From an uncultured Phycisphaerales bacterium (GTDB lineage: Bacteria > Planctomycetota > Phycisphaerae > Sedimentisphaerales > Anaerobacaceae), in contig OY970359.1 in the NCBI GenBank assembly GCA_963718665.1, positions 1,920,001 to 1,984,000 of the forward strand: 64,000 bases of DNA, written 5' to 3'. Under the pieces are notes generated by a model, which searched no databases, was not told where the DNA came from, and saw only the letters and a list, made by a program, of their open reading frames with translations. The position numbers were made by a program, and so were the translations under genes. Shown here piece by piece: positions 42,099 through 51,737 of the stretch. Every line of letters starts with the position of its first letter. The stretch's first letter is position 1.

Positions 42099-42968
42099 TT
42101 AACGTAAGCGTTTAAAGGTGCCGGGGGGTATACCAAAAATCCGTTTGAATACTCTGGAAAAATTGAAAGGATCGCTGAAACCGAATTCCTGCGCCACTTC
42201 CTTTACCGATGAATCTGGTGATTGAAGCCGCTGTGCCGCGAGATTCATTTTCATTCGCATCAGATATTGATATGGGCTTTGGTTGTCGAATCTTTTGAAG
42301 AGTCTGCAAAGATAGGCATTATCTATATTACATTCTTCGGCAATCTTATCGAGGCTTCGAAGCGTAAGGCAATTCTTCTGTATTATTTCTCTGGATTTTT
42401 GATAAGTGTAAAAAGCAGCAGACTTTCGTGTATTTTCAATTATAGAAGTTTCGGTGATTTTAAAAATGAGCTGCTGCAAAATGGCCGTGCATAAAAGGGG
42501 AGTATAAGAACTGCCATTTTGCCCATTTTTTATGAGATCTTCAAAAATTATTATTATCGCATCAGGCGCAGATACCTGAACAGCGCTTCCCAAAGCAGGA
42601 CCGAATTTTCGCAGCATTTTTAAAGCTTCGGGCCCGGTAAAATCGACGAAATATTTGACCAGAGGAAATTCAGTTTCATTTGTAATTATATGAGCTATAC
42701 CCGGGCCGTAAGAAAATACTTTTCCGGCAAAAAGTGTATATTTTTTATCATCAAGAACAACTGCGCCTCTTCCACTTGCCACAAATTCAATGGAATAAAA
42801 AGGGAAATTAGAACGATCGATTCGATACCCGGGCTGACAATGTTCCCGGCCGCCGCATATGACCTTAAGTTTTTGATTTTTTTGAGATTGGGTATCTAGA
42901 TAAAAACGATTTGCCTCCAGAACCTGGTTGGAAAAAAAGTCCGGCTTTCTTTTATCAACAGGAACCAT
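42099..42968 (-). CDS. AraC-family transcriptional regulator
   Basis: Cupin N-domain; YLCRLFKR and VAQEFGFSDPFNFSRVFKRIFGIPP. Confidence 0.95.
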   Translation of the reverse strand: MVPVDKRKPDFFSNQVLEANRFYLDTQSQKNQKLKVICGGREHCQPGYRIDRSNFPFYSIEFVASGRGAVVLDDKKYTLFAGKVFSYGPGIAHIITNETEFPLVKYFVDFTGPEALKMLRKFGPALGSAVQVSAPDAIIIIFEDLIKNGQNGSSYTPLLCTAILQQLIFKITETSIIENTRKSAAFYTYQKSREIIQKNCLTLRSLDKIAEECNIDNAYLCRLFKRFDNQSPYQYLMRMKMNLAAQRLQSPDSSVKEVAQEFGFSDPFNFSRVFKRIFGIPPGTFKRLR

Positions 42969-42980
42969 AAATAATCCATA

Positions 42981-43046
42981 AAAGTCAATAATAGATATCT
43001 ATTGGACAACAATTGGCATATAATGCAATCATATATGCATTATACT
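42981..43046 (+). promoter_or_regulatory. Putative AraC operator/promoter, copy 3 (divergent from araC)
   Basis: Half-sites at 42984 and 43005 (21-bp period); TATACT at 43041-43046. Confidence 0.72.
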
Positions 43047-43175
43047 AAATATGATGAGAAAATCAAGAGTCAATAAGATACAGGTATTAATTCCCGATTC
43101 TGAAGTCATTTATTGAGCGGGGTAAAAGAGAGGATAATAACGGCAAAGAAGAACAATTCGGTAGCGGTTTCATGT

Positions 43176-44183
43176 ATGAAAGAGGATGATTTAATTGTCA
43201 TTACAGGGGCCGGTGGATTTATCGCCGGGGCATTAGCGAGATATTTCCGCAAACAGGGCTTTACCCGCATCCGCGCGATAGACAAAAAGCCGCTGCCGCA
43301 ATGGTACCAGCGAACCGAAGGCGTAGAATGCCTCTGCATGGACCTGAGTAATGAGGAAAATTGCCGCAGGGTCTGCCAGGATGCCGTCGAAGTTTACAAT
43401 CTTGCTGCGGACATGGGTGGAATGGGATTCATCGAGCGATTCAGGATAGAATGCCTGCGAAGCATATTAATCAATACACATATGATAGAGTCAGCTTACA
43501 GGGCCGGCGCCCGGAGGTATTTCTTCTCATCTTCAGCCTGCGCTTATAACATCGAGCTGCAGAAAGATAAAAATTCCCGCGCATTAAAAGAATCCGATGC
43601 TTACCCGGCAATGGCTGAGCGGGGATATGGATGGGAGAAACTTATGTCTGAGATGTTCTGCCAGGAATATTATGCGGAAAGAGGATTAGAGACGCATATC
43701 GCGAGGTTCCATAACGTTTATGGTCCATACGGAACATGGGCCGGTGGACGTGAAAAGGCCCCAGCTGCAATTTGCCGTAAAGTCATCGAGGCCAAAGCTA
43801 AAAATTCCAACGAAATCGTTATATGGGGCGACGGAAATCAGACGCGCAGCTTCATGTATATCAATGATTGCGTTAAAGGCATCGATATGATTATGCACTG
43901 CGATAAACTTATAGCTACTCCAGTCAATCTCGGGTCAGACCGGCTTGTTTCAATTAATGACCTGGTTTCAATAGTTGAGTGCATCGGCGGTATCACATTG
44001 AAACGCAAATATGATTTGAATGCCCCAAAGGGTGTTGCCGGACGAAACAGCGACAATACCTTTATTAAAAAAATTCTAAATTGGGAACCCGATACCACAC
44101 TTGAAGATGGATTGAAAAAAACATATGAATGGATTGGACAGCAATATCAGGACCGCAAAGCCGGCAAACAAACGGTAAATTGA
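43176..44183 (+). CDS. NAD-dependent epimerase, GDP-mannose 3,5-epimerase-like
   Basis: GAGGFI, NLAADMGGMGFI, SSSAC.Y, YGWEKL, GGREKAPAA.CRK, GV.GRNSDN; start uncertain (43140-43176). Confidence 0.85.
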   Translation: MKEDDLIVITGAGGFIAGALARYFRKQGFTRIRAIDKKPLPQWYQRTEGVECLCMDLSNEENCRRVCQDAVEVYNLAADMGGMGFIERFRIECLRSILINTHMIESAYRAGARRYFFSSSACAYNIELQKDKNSRALKESDAYPAMAERGYGWEKLMSEMFCQEYYAERGLETHIARFHNVYGPYGTWAGGREKAPAAICRKVIEAKAKNSNEIVIWGDGNQTRSFMYINDCVKGIDMIMHCDKLIATPVNLGSDRLVSINDLVSIVECIGGITLKRKYDLNAPKGVAGRNSDNTFIKKILNWEPDTTLEDGLKKTYEWIGQQYQDRKAGKQTVN

Positions 44184-44187
44184 ATAT

Positions 44188-44985
44188 ATGACGAAAAATA
44201 ATCGACTTATTGAAGATGTAATTGGAAAACTTCCATACAGGCTCGCTCTCGCCGGTGGATGGATTGATCAGCCTTTTGTCTCAATGCGTAATCCTTCGCC
44301 TCCCGGTTCGATGGTAGTTATCAGCGTCGAGCCGCAATTCAGGTTTATAGAGCGGGCCGGCATTTGCAGCAGCACACGTAAGATCGCTTTTAAATTGTGG
44401 AAAGATGGTCTGCCGTTGGGGAATCCTGAAGAGCTTGTTCAAAAACTTTATATGGAGGAGAATAAAGGTAAAGCCAAGCCATCGGGTTCTCAGGATATGA
44501 TTGGCATAATCCATCCCGGAATTAATAGACTGGATTATGATTTCACTTATCGTAAAGGTGTTTTTCCACGCTATATCGAACCATGTAATGATCCCCAAAT
44601 AGCCGGTTGGCTTGAAAAAGTAATTCATATTCTGCCGGTAGCCCCCAGGCCAGAAGGATACAATCCGCTGGAAACAAAAAACCTGTCTCCTGAATGGATT
44701 TCACGTCTCGGAAAGTCAGGCAGGAATTGTTTTGAGGCTATTATCGCCAAAGATGTCGATGCGCTGGGAGCATCGATGAATGAATGTATGTCTTGTTGGG
44801 GAAAAATTTTGCCGGGCACGGTGCGTCATCATAAATTAAATGAGGATTTACTTCCTTTGCTCGAATATTACCGTTCAAATTATCCAGGCGCTATGTATCC
44901 AGGCTGCGGCGGCGGTTATTTATTTGTCGCATCCCGAAAACCTGTCCCCGGCGCTTTCCATATTAAAATTAGAATTAAATCCTGA
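44188..44985 (+). CDS. GHMP-kinase-like protein
   Basis: PYRLALAGGWIDQP, GICSS, GSQD, GCGGGY. Confidence 0.7.
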   Translation: MTKNNRLIEDVIGKLPYRLALAGGWIDQPFVSMRNPSPPGSMVVISVEPQFRFIERAGICSSTRKIAFKLWKDGLPLGNPEELVQKLYMEENKGKAKPSGSQDMIGIIHPGINRLDYDFTYRKGVFPRYIEPCNDPQIAGWLEKVIHILPVAPRPEGYNPLETKNLSPEWISRLGKSGRNCFEAIIAKDVDALGASMNECMSCWGKILPGTVRHHKLNEDLLPLLEYYRSNYPGAMYPGCGGGYLFVASRKPVPGAFHIKIRIKS

Positions 44986-44993
44986 GTTTCATT

Positions 44994-45383
44994 ATGAAGA
45001 CATTCAAAAGATTCTGCAAATATGTCAGACTTAAAGATGACCCGAAACTTATTGAAGAATATAAAAAACTTCATTCTAAGGGGGCAGGTTGGCCTGAAAT
45101 TACAGAAGGGATGAAGCAAGTCGGTATCATCGATATGGAAATCTATATCGCCGGGACAAATCTTTTTATGATTATGGATACCAGGGTGGACTTCGACCAT
45201 GAAAAAGCAATGGCTCAATTAGCGAAATTGCCAAGACAGTCCGAATGGGAAGCATTGATTTCAAAATATCAAGAAACAAATCACGATGCGACGGCTGGTG
45301 AAAAATGGCGAGTGCTTGAACGAATATTCAAAATGGGCAAAAAAACGAATATGATCCTGAAGACGGCTACATTGAACAGATAG
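44994..45383 (+). CDS. L-rhamnose/L-fucose mutarotase family protein
   Basis: LKDDP.LIEEY..LH, WPEI, GI.DMEIY, WE. Confidence 0.85.
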   Translation: MKTFKRFCKYVRLKDDPKLIEEYKKLHSKGAGWPEITEGMKQVGIIDMEIYIAGTNLFMIMDTRVDFDHEKAMAQLAKLPRQSEWEALISKYQETNHDATAGEKWRVLERIFKMGKKTNMILKTATLNR

Positions 45384-45420
45384 AGATATGATTTAATCAG
45401 GAATTTTTTGGAGAGATTAC

Positions 45421-47889
45421 ATGAAAATCTGGCAAATAGTTTTATTAACATCAATTTCATCCATCCTTTTGTCAATTAATTTATCCTGTCAGCAAAACAA
45501 TAAAACAAGTCCACAACAAATTCAATCTTTTGAAATGAATTTGGCTGCCAGGCAGGTTTTAAATTTCAATAAGGACTGGAAATTCTCAAGAGGCGATATG
45601 GATGAAGCAGAAGCTGTAACTTTTAATGATTCGAACTGGCAGCCGGTGCGATTGCCGCACGATTGGGCAATTACCGGGCCATTCAATGAAAAAGTTGAGG
45701 GCTCTACTGGCAAACTGCCGTGGGCGGGCGTCGGCTGGTATCGCAAAACATTTACTCTCGATAAAGCTGATAAAGGCAAACGAGTTTATTTCGATTTCGA
45801 TGGCGTAATGGCATTTCCGAAGGTTTATGTCAATGGCCAGTTAGCGGGTCAATGGGATTACGGATATATGTCATTTAGAGTCGATGCCACGCCCTTTGTT
45901 AAATTCGGTGAAAAAAATATTATAGCTGTAAAAGCAGATACCCGTAAGCATGGCTCACGCTGGTATCCCGGCGCAGGCATTTATCGAAAGGTTGTGATGA
46001 CAATAACAGAGCCTGTGCATATCGCTCATTGGGGAACTGATATAACTACACCTAAAGTCACTGATGATTCCGCAACAATTAATGTTTGCAGCACTATTGA
46101 AAATCACAATAAATCAAATTCGAATATAGCTATTGATGTTGCCTTGATTGACCCCGATGGGAAAATAATTGCCTCTCAAACAAAAAATGGAAAAATTCCA
46201 GCCAACGGCTCACGGGATATAAATCAAATTTTTGTTGTTCCAAATCCGCAACGATGGGATATCACAAGTCCGAAACTTTACACAGCTAAAACAATCGTGC
46301 GTATGGGTGATAAGATTATTGATAATGATACAACAACATTCGGTATTCGTGAATTCAAATTTACCGCCAATGATGGTTTTCATCTTAATGGCAGGCGAGT
46401 CCAGCTTCAGGGAGTATGTCTGCATCATGACCAGGGTGCTCTCGGAGCCGCATTCAATACACGTGCAATGGAAAGACAACTTGAGATTATGCGTGATATG
46501 GGCGTAAACGCTGTTAGAACAAGTCATAATCCGCCCGCACCAGAAATGCTTGAGCTTTGCGATAAGATGGGCTTTATTGTCTGGGATGAGGTTTTTGATA
46601 AATGGGACAGGACTGCCGACAGAGTTGACGATAAACCTCCTTTTGTGGAATATGGCGAAAAGCAGGTGAAAAATTTTGTTTTGCGCGACCGCAACCATCC
46701 CTGCGTTGTCGTCTGGTCAATCGGTAACGAAATTCCCAGGGATAAACAAGGAGTTAATCCCGAACGTGTAGAAATGATGGCGGACTATTTCCGTAAATAC
46801 GACCTGACAAGACCTGTCAGTTTGGCTTCCAATGATGACAAGGATGCTTCAAATCATATTTACGACGGCCTCGATATAGGCGGCTTTAATTACCACCGCA
46901 GCTATGGGGCCTTTCGTAAAATGTATCCGGATAGACCAATAATTTACAGCGAATCCGCATCGGCTGTCAGCTCAAGAGGTTATTATGACTTCCCGCTTCA
47001 AAAGAATAAAACAGAGTTGACAAAAAATGTATATCAGGTCAGTTCTTATGACCGAACCTCCAGATGGTGCGATATACCGGATGTCGAATTCAATTACCTG
47101 GATACAGATAAATATGTCAGCGGCGAATTTGTCTGGACTGGATTCGATTATCTCGGCGAGCCTGAACCTTTCATGAAAGAGTCAAGAAGCTCTTATTTCG
47201 GCATTGTGGATTTGACAGGTATTCCCAAAGACCGCTACTATTTATATCGCAGCCGCTGGGCGCCCGATAAGACTACCGTCCACATCCTACCTCACTGGAA
47301 CTGGCCGGACCGAATCGGGCAAAATGTCCCCGTTTATATTTACACCAATGGCGATACCGCAGAACTTTTCCTTAATGGCCGGTCCTTAGGCAAGAAGACA
47401 AAAGAAAAGGAGGCCGGGCCTGGTTATTATGGTGTGATAGACAAATACCGTATTTGCTTCAACGATGTAAATTATGAACCCGGTGTACTTAAGGCGGTTA
47501 CCTATAAAGACGGCAAAGAAATCGGTCAAGCTATTATGAAAACAGCCGGCGAACCTGCGTCGCTTCGAATGACTCCCGATAGAAAAGAACTTGCTGCGAC
47601 AGGCGATGACCTTTGCTATCTACTAATTGAAGCAATCGATGCTAACGGCACGCTTTGTCCTTTGGCGGATAACCTGGTTAAGTTCAGAGTTGAAGGCCCT
47701 GCCGAAATTGCAGGTGCCGATAACGGTAATCCCCGTTCATTTGAATTGTTCCAGGACGCTGAACATAAATTATTCTTTGGTAAAGAAACTTTAATTATCC
47801 GTCCCGCAGAAGGACAGGGAGGCATTATAAAAATTATTGCCGAAAGTGACGGCCTGACGCCAGCTGAAGCTACTGTTTTGAGCAAATAG
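45421..47889 (+). CDS. GH2 beta-galactosidase-like lipoprotein
   Basis: LSC lipobox-like; LPHDW, RWYPGAGIYR, RTSHNP, WSIGNE, WTGFDYLGEP. Confidence 0.92.
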   Translation: MKIWQIVLLTSISSILLSINLSCQQNNKTSPQQIQSFEMNLAARQVLNFNKDWKFSRGDMDEAEAVTFNDSNWQPVRLPHDWAITGPFNEKVEGSTGKLPWAGVGWYRKTFTLDKADKGKRVYFDFDGVMAFPKVYVNGQLAGQWDYGYMSFRVDATPFVKFGEKNIIAVKADTRKHGSRWYPGAGIYRKVVMTITEPVHIAHWGTDITTPKVTDDSATINVCSTIENHNKSNSNIAIDVALIDPDGKIIASQTKNGKIPANGSRDINQIFVVPNPQRWDITSPKLYTAKTIVRMGDKIIDNDTTTFGIREFKFTANDGFHLNGRRVQLQGVCLHHDQGALGAAFNTRAMERQLEIMRDMGVNAVRTSHNPPAPEMLELCDKMGFIVWDEVFDKWDRTADRVDDKPPFVEYGEKQVKNFVLRDRNHPCVVVWSIGNEIPRDKQGVNPERVEMMADYFRKYDLTRPVSLASNDDKDASNHIYDGLDIGGFNYHRSYGAFRKMYPDRPIIYSESASAVSSRGYYDFPLQKNKTELTKNVYQVSSYDRTSRWCDIPDVEFNYLDTDKYVSGEFVWTGFDYLGEPEPFMKESRSSYFGIVDLTGIPKDRYYLYRSRWAPDKTTVHILPHWNWPDRIGQNVPVYIYTNGDTAELFLNGRSLGKKTKEKEAGPGYYGVIDKYRICFNDVNYEPGVLKAVTYKDGKEIGQAIMKTAGEPASLRMTPDRKELAATGDDLCYLLIEAIDANGTLCPLADNLVKFRVEGPAEIAGADNGNPRSFELFQDAEHKLFFGKETLIIRPAEGQGGIIKIIAESDGLTPAEATVLSK

Positions 47890-47910
47890 CCGAATATTTA
47901 AGGAGTATTT

Positions 47911-48063
47911 ATGAAAAAATATGGCTTTACTCTTATAGAATTACTGGTCGTCATTGCAATCATTGGCCTATTGATGGCTATTTTATTGCCAAAGACATTT
48001 AAAAAAGACATCTATTCATTTACAGGGCAAAAGAAAATATTACTCGTTTTAAGGATGATATGA
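47911..48063 (+). pseudogene. 50-aa prepilin-type stub (below the ORF-track length cutoff)
   Basis: [36 protein letters not shown] then an unrelated tail; stop overlaps the next ATG. Confidence 0.75.
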
Positions 48064-49595
48064 AAATGACAAATTTCCAAAAATGCACAATTGTCTCTTT
48101 AATTTTGTCTATTACACTTACATACGGCTGCTCAAAAGAAACTCAAAAGCCAGCTGCACAAAATGTAAAGCAGTTTAAAACGGATTATACAGCGGATTGG
48201 AATTCCCTTAAACAGCGAAATCCGGTGCCTGACTGGTTCCGTAATGAAAAATTCGGCATCTATTTTCACTGGGGCGTTTATTCCGTGCCTGCCTTTGAGA
48301 ACGAATGGTATCCGAGAAATATGTATGACATCAATTCGCCGGCATACAATCACCATATCAAAAACTGGGGAAAACCAGATGTATTTGGCTATCCCGATTT
48401 TGTGCCGATGTTTAAAGCAGAGAAATTTGACGCAAATGAATGGGCGGATTTATTCGTTAAGGCTGGAGCGAGATTTGCCGGCCCGGTGGCAGAGCATCAC
48501 GACGGTTTTTCCATGTGGGCAAGCAAGCTGACGCCATGGAACGCACAGGATATGGGGCCGCATCGCGACATCGTAGGCGAGCTTGAAAAGGCAATCCGCA
48601 AAAAAGGGATGCGATTTATTACCACTTTCCATCACGAGCGTAACGGCCTTTATGAAATCACAAAAGGCGGCAAGACATACTGGACGGGCCATTACGAATT
48701 CGTAAAGAAAAACTTTCCTGAGTTGCTCAACGACCCCTGCAGGGCGATTATGTATGGCTATATGCCAGCGGACAAATATTACCAGATGTGGAAAGACAAG
48801 CTCATCGAGGTCATAGACCATTATCATCCCGACTTGATGTATTTCGATGCTTGGCTCGGAGAAATTCCCGATAAATACAAAATGCCCTATCTGGCGCATT
48901 ATTTCAACGACGCCGGCAATCTCGGCAAAGAAGTCGTCGTAACATACAAAGGAGCTGATCTGCCTAATAAAGTAGGTATCCTTGACTATGAAAAAGGCCG
49001 GGCGGACAAGCTCACCAATTTCGTCTGGCTGACCGACGATACGATTTCGTATGGGTCGTGGTGTTATACGAATGACTTGAAGATAAAGAAGCCATCGGTG
49101 ATTATCAGAACGATGATTGATATTGTCAGCAAAAACGGCCAGTTGCTGCTCAATATCTCTCCTATGGCCGATGGAACGATTCCCGATAATCAAAAACAGT
49201 TGCTGCTGGCGATTGGGGACTGGATGAAAAAATATGGGGAGGCGATTTACGATACAAGGCCGTTTGTTGATTACGGCGAAGGGCCTACAAAGATGCTGTC
49301 CTCAGGCAGTTTCGTAAAAATGCAAAGTGGATACAACGACAATGATATTCGCTATACCCGAAAAAACGATATAGTTTATGCGATGACACTGGGCCAGCCA
49401 AATGCAGGCAGCGAAGTGAAGATGACGATTTTTGGCAAGGAAGGAAAAGCGGCAAATATTAAGGTTAATAAGATTACGATGCTTGGCACAAAGCAAAAGA
49501 TTAAATGGCAAAGAACAGATGAAGGACTGATTTTGAAAATGCCCGCCGATGGAAATGAAATTGCAAACGTATTTAAATTAACAATCGAAAAGTAA
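48060..49595 (+). CDS. GH29 alpha-L-fucosidase-like lipoprotein
   Basis: YGC lipobox; KFGIYFHWG.YSVP, EHHDGF, YFD, DIVSKNGQLLLN. Confidence 0.92.
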   Translation: MKMTNFQKCTIVSLILSITLTYGCSKETQKPAAQNVKQFKTDYTADWNSLKQRNPVPDWFRNEKFGIYFHWGVYSVPAFENEWYPRNMYDINSPAYNHHIKNWGKPDVFGYPDFVPMFKAEKFDANEWADLFVKAGARFAGPVAEHHDGFSMWASKLTPWNAQDMGPHRDIVGELEKAIRKKGMRFITTFHHERNGLYEITKGGKTYWTGHYEFVKKNFPELLNDPCRAIMYGYMPADKYYQMWKDKLIEVIDHYHPDLMYFDAWLGEIPDKYKMPYLAHYFNDAGNLGKEVVVTYKGADLPNKVGILDYEKGRADKLTNFVWLTDDTISYGSWCYTNDLKIKKPSVIIRTMIDIVSKNGQLLLNISPMADGTIPDNQKQLLLAIGDWMKKYGEAIYDTRPFVDYGEGPTKMLSSGSFVKMQSGYNDNDIRYTRKNDIVYAMTLGQPNAGSEVKMTIFGKEGKAANIKVNKITMLGTKQKIKWQRTDEGLILKMPADGNEIANVFKLTIEK

Positions 49596-49617
49596 CTTAA
49601 ATTACGAAACGGCAGCC

Positions 49618-49965
49618 GGCGCAGTCAGCGACCTGACCTCGAATGCTAACTATCCTGATAATCCGACCGGCCAGGCCGAAATCACCAGTATGGAAGGACC
49701 TGCCAACTTCGCTGACTCTTATGGTCCGCGCCTTATCGGCTACATCCATCCATCAGCAACCGGCTCATACACCTTCTGGATCGCCGGTGATGATGCAACC
49801 GAACTGTGGCTTAGCACCGATGACAATCCGGCAAATGCCGTGAAAATCGGGTATAACACTCAGGCCGTTAGCCCACGCAACTGGGACCAGTCCGCAAGTC
49901 AGGAGTCGACGCCGAGAATGCTTGTTGGCGGCCAGAGATACTTCATTATGGCCCTGCACAAGGAA
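49618..49965 (+). pseudogene. Isolated PA14-domain fragment
   Basis: GAVSDLTSNANYP...YTFWIAGDDATELWLS...ALHKE, paralogous to the PA14 domain of 38843-41455; both ends missing. Confidence 0.75.
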
Positions 49966-50216
49966 GTGCTACGTCAGCGACCATATCGCCAATCGTCACT
50001 TCCTCAACTCACGCAATTCTAAGCACTTACGTAATTCTCGTAAAAAATTAACGGAGAGGGCGGGATTATAACCGCCCTCTTTTGAAATACCGAGCATTCG
50101 ATCCCTTTCTCCTTTTTTAATCTGAAAAAATACACGAAATACTCCCGCGGGGGACATATGACATCATGAATGTGACGTAAGTTATTACCAATAAAAGAAT
50201 TGAGGAAAGGTCAAAA

Positions 50217-50570
50217 TGGAGGCGGGGGGATTCGAACCCCCGTCCCGATATGCTTCGAGACGAGCGTACTACACACTTAGTCGTATTTATTTTTTATCGC
50301 CTCCGCGACAGGCAAACGACGGCCAATCGCTTCGGCTATTCCGGAATTTGTCTTAGCCCGCCGGCCCGAAAGCTCCGACGAGAGCAGCCCACTTCTTTAC
50401 GCCCGAATCAGGCCCGCAGGCGCAACCTGAAAGGACGGGTCGCCTATTTAGGCGGCCATTTGCAACTGGTAGTTGCCAATTAAATTTAGTGCCGGGTGAT
50501 TTACCAGGCCAACCGGCGTCCTGGGTATGCAGCTCGACTCTCCGACATCCGGTCGAAACCGTTCGCCCCC
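50217..50570 (-). ncRNA. ssrA: tmRNA; tag peptide (A)GNYQLQMAA
   Basis: Acceptor stem GGGGGCG/CGCCUCC-A with G3-U; T-arm GGGGGTTCGAATCCCCC; tag ORF 50477-50448 ends AA*; CCA not encoded. Confidence 0.95.
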
Positions 50571-50722
50571 TTATCAACTTTTCAATTACGCTTGCGCGAT
50601 TCCCGCTTTCGATATATTATACCATCAACCTCTCACTAAAACAATAAAAGCCCGTTGAAGGATAGCGTCGAGTATTATGTGTAAGATTATTTTATGCTGG
50701 CGAAAGAGTTGGCCAAGGGAAG

Positions 50723-50786
50723 CCCCTTATTCGCTAAAGCTTCCGACTTCGTCCCTAAGGGACTACGCTGGACAAGCCGCAGGGCA
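50723..50786 (-). repeat. Intergenic palindromic element related to the prepilin-leader insert
   Basis: Minus strand GCTTGTCCAGCGTAGTCCCTTAGGGACGAAGTCGGA (50777-50742). Confidence 0.55.
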
Positions 50787-50789
50787 AAG

Positions 50790-51602
50790 TTAGGCGGAGA
50801 ATTCACGTTTTCGGGTATTGAGCTGGGCTTTTAGCCGGGCGAGAATCGATGAGTGCATCTGCGAGACCCGCGATTCGGACAAATCGAGCGTAGCGCCAAT
50901 TTCCTTCATCGTCATCTCTTCGTAATAATACAAAACGACAATCAGCCGTTCGGCTCGCGTCAGGCCCTTGGTGAGGAGGTCCTTGAGGTCGCGTTTCTGT
51001 GCCTCGATAGGGGGGTCTTCACTTTTGCGGTCCTTGATAATATCGATTTCGCGTATGTCTTTTTCGCCCTCTTCATCGCCATACTGACTGTTGAGCGATA
51101 CTATTCCGATGGCGTCGGCGTCCTGCTGCAAACGCTCGAAATCCTCCATATTCATATCCATCTCTTCTGCCAGCTCTTCCTTGCGTGGTTTGCGGCCGAG
51201 ATGTGCTTCGAGCGATTGTTTTGCCCGTGATAATTGATGTGCCCTTGCCCTGACTAATCTGGGCACCCAGTCCATACTGCGAAGCTCATCGAGGATTGAG
51301 CCGCGTATTCTGGGCGAGCAGTATGTCTCGAATTTTACGCCTCTGTCTGGGTCGAAGGCGTCGATGGCGTCCATCAATCCGAATGTGCCGGCGCTGATGA
51401 GGTCGTCAAGCTCGACTTTGCCGGGCAGTTTGGTGTGCAGACGTTCCGCGGTATAGCGAACCAGGTAGCGATAGTGCTCCATCAAGGTATTGCGGTATTT
51501 TTCCTCGTGGGATTTGTGGAAATGTTCCCAGACCTGGTCGATTTGAACTGCTGCGTTAGGTTTCACAAGATTCCTCCCTGAATTTTGTCCAAGATTAGCC
51601 AT
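50790..51602 (-). CDS. fliA: FliA/WhiG-family sigma factor
   Basis: DDLISAG.FGL, KFETY, RIRGSILDELR..DWVPR, LYYYEEMTMKEIG..L.LSESRVSQ. Confidence 0.93.
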   Translation of the reverse strand: MANLGQNSGRNLVKPNAAVQIDQVWEHFHKSHEEKYRNTLMEHYRYLVRYTAERLHTKLPGKVELDDLISAGTFGLMDAIDAFDPDRGVKFETYCSPRIRGSILDELRSMDWVPRLVRARAHQLSRAKQSLEAHLGRKPRKEELAEEMDMNMEDFERLQQDADAIGIVSLNSQYGDEEGEKDIREIDIIKDRKSEDPPIEAQKRDLKDLLTKGLTRAERLIVVLYYYEEMTMKEIGATLDLSESRVSQMHSSILARLKAQLNTRKREFSA

Positions 51603-51737
51603 CTCGGTAAGTCGCCCTTAATAAACCTTTATAATTTCACTGCCGAGCCCTATAACAACCCGGTTTTTCAGCCGCCAAATTCACATTGATGTCGTCACAA
51701 AAGGCGCATGTCTTTATAATTATTTTTGCCCGCGACT

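Larger units (their letters stand above)
30643..50244. mobile_element. tmRNA-integrated genomic island (~19.6 kb), no integrase visible
   Basis: 28-bp terminal direct repeats, IS content, gene fragments, visibly AT-richer than the flanks. Confidence 0.87.

Noticed and set aside
50250..50577. ORFs 50250-50483 and 50353-50577
   Set aside because: They overlap the tmRNA; only the tag peptide frame is meaningful
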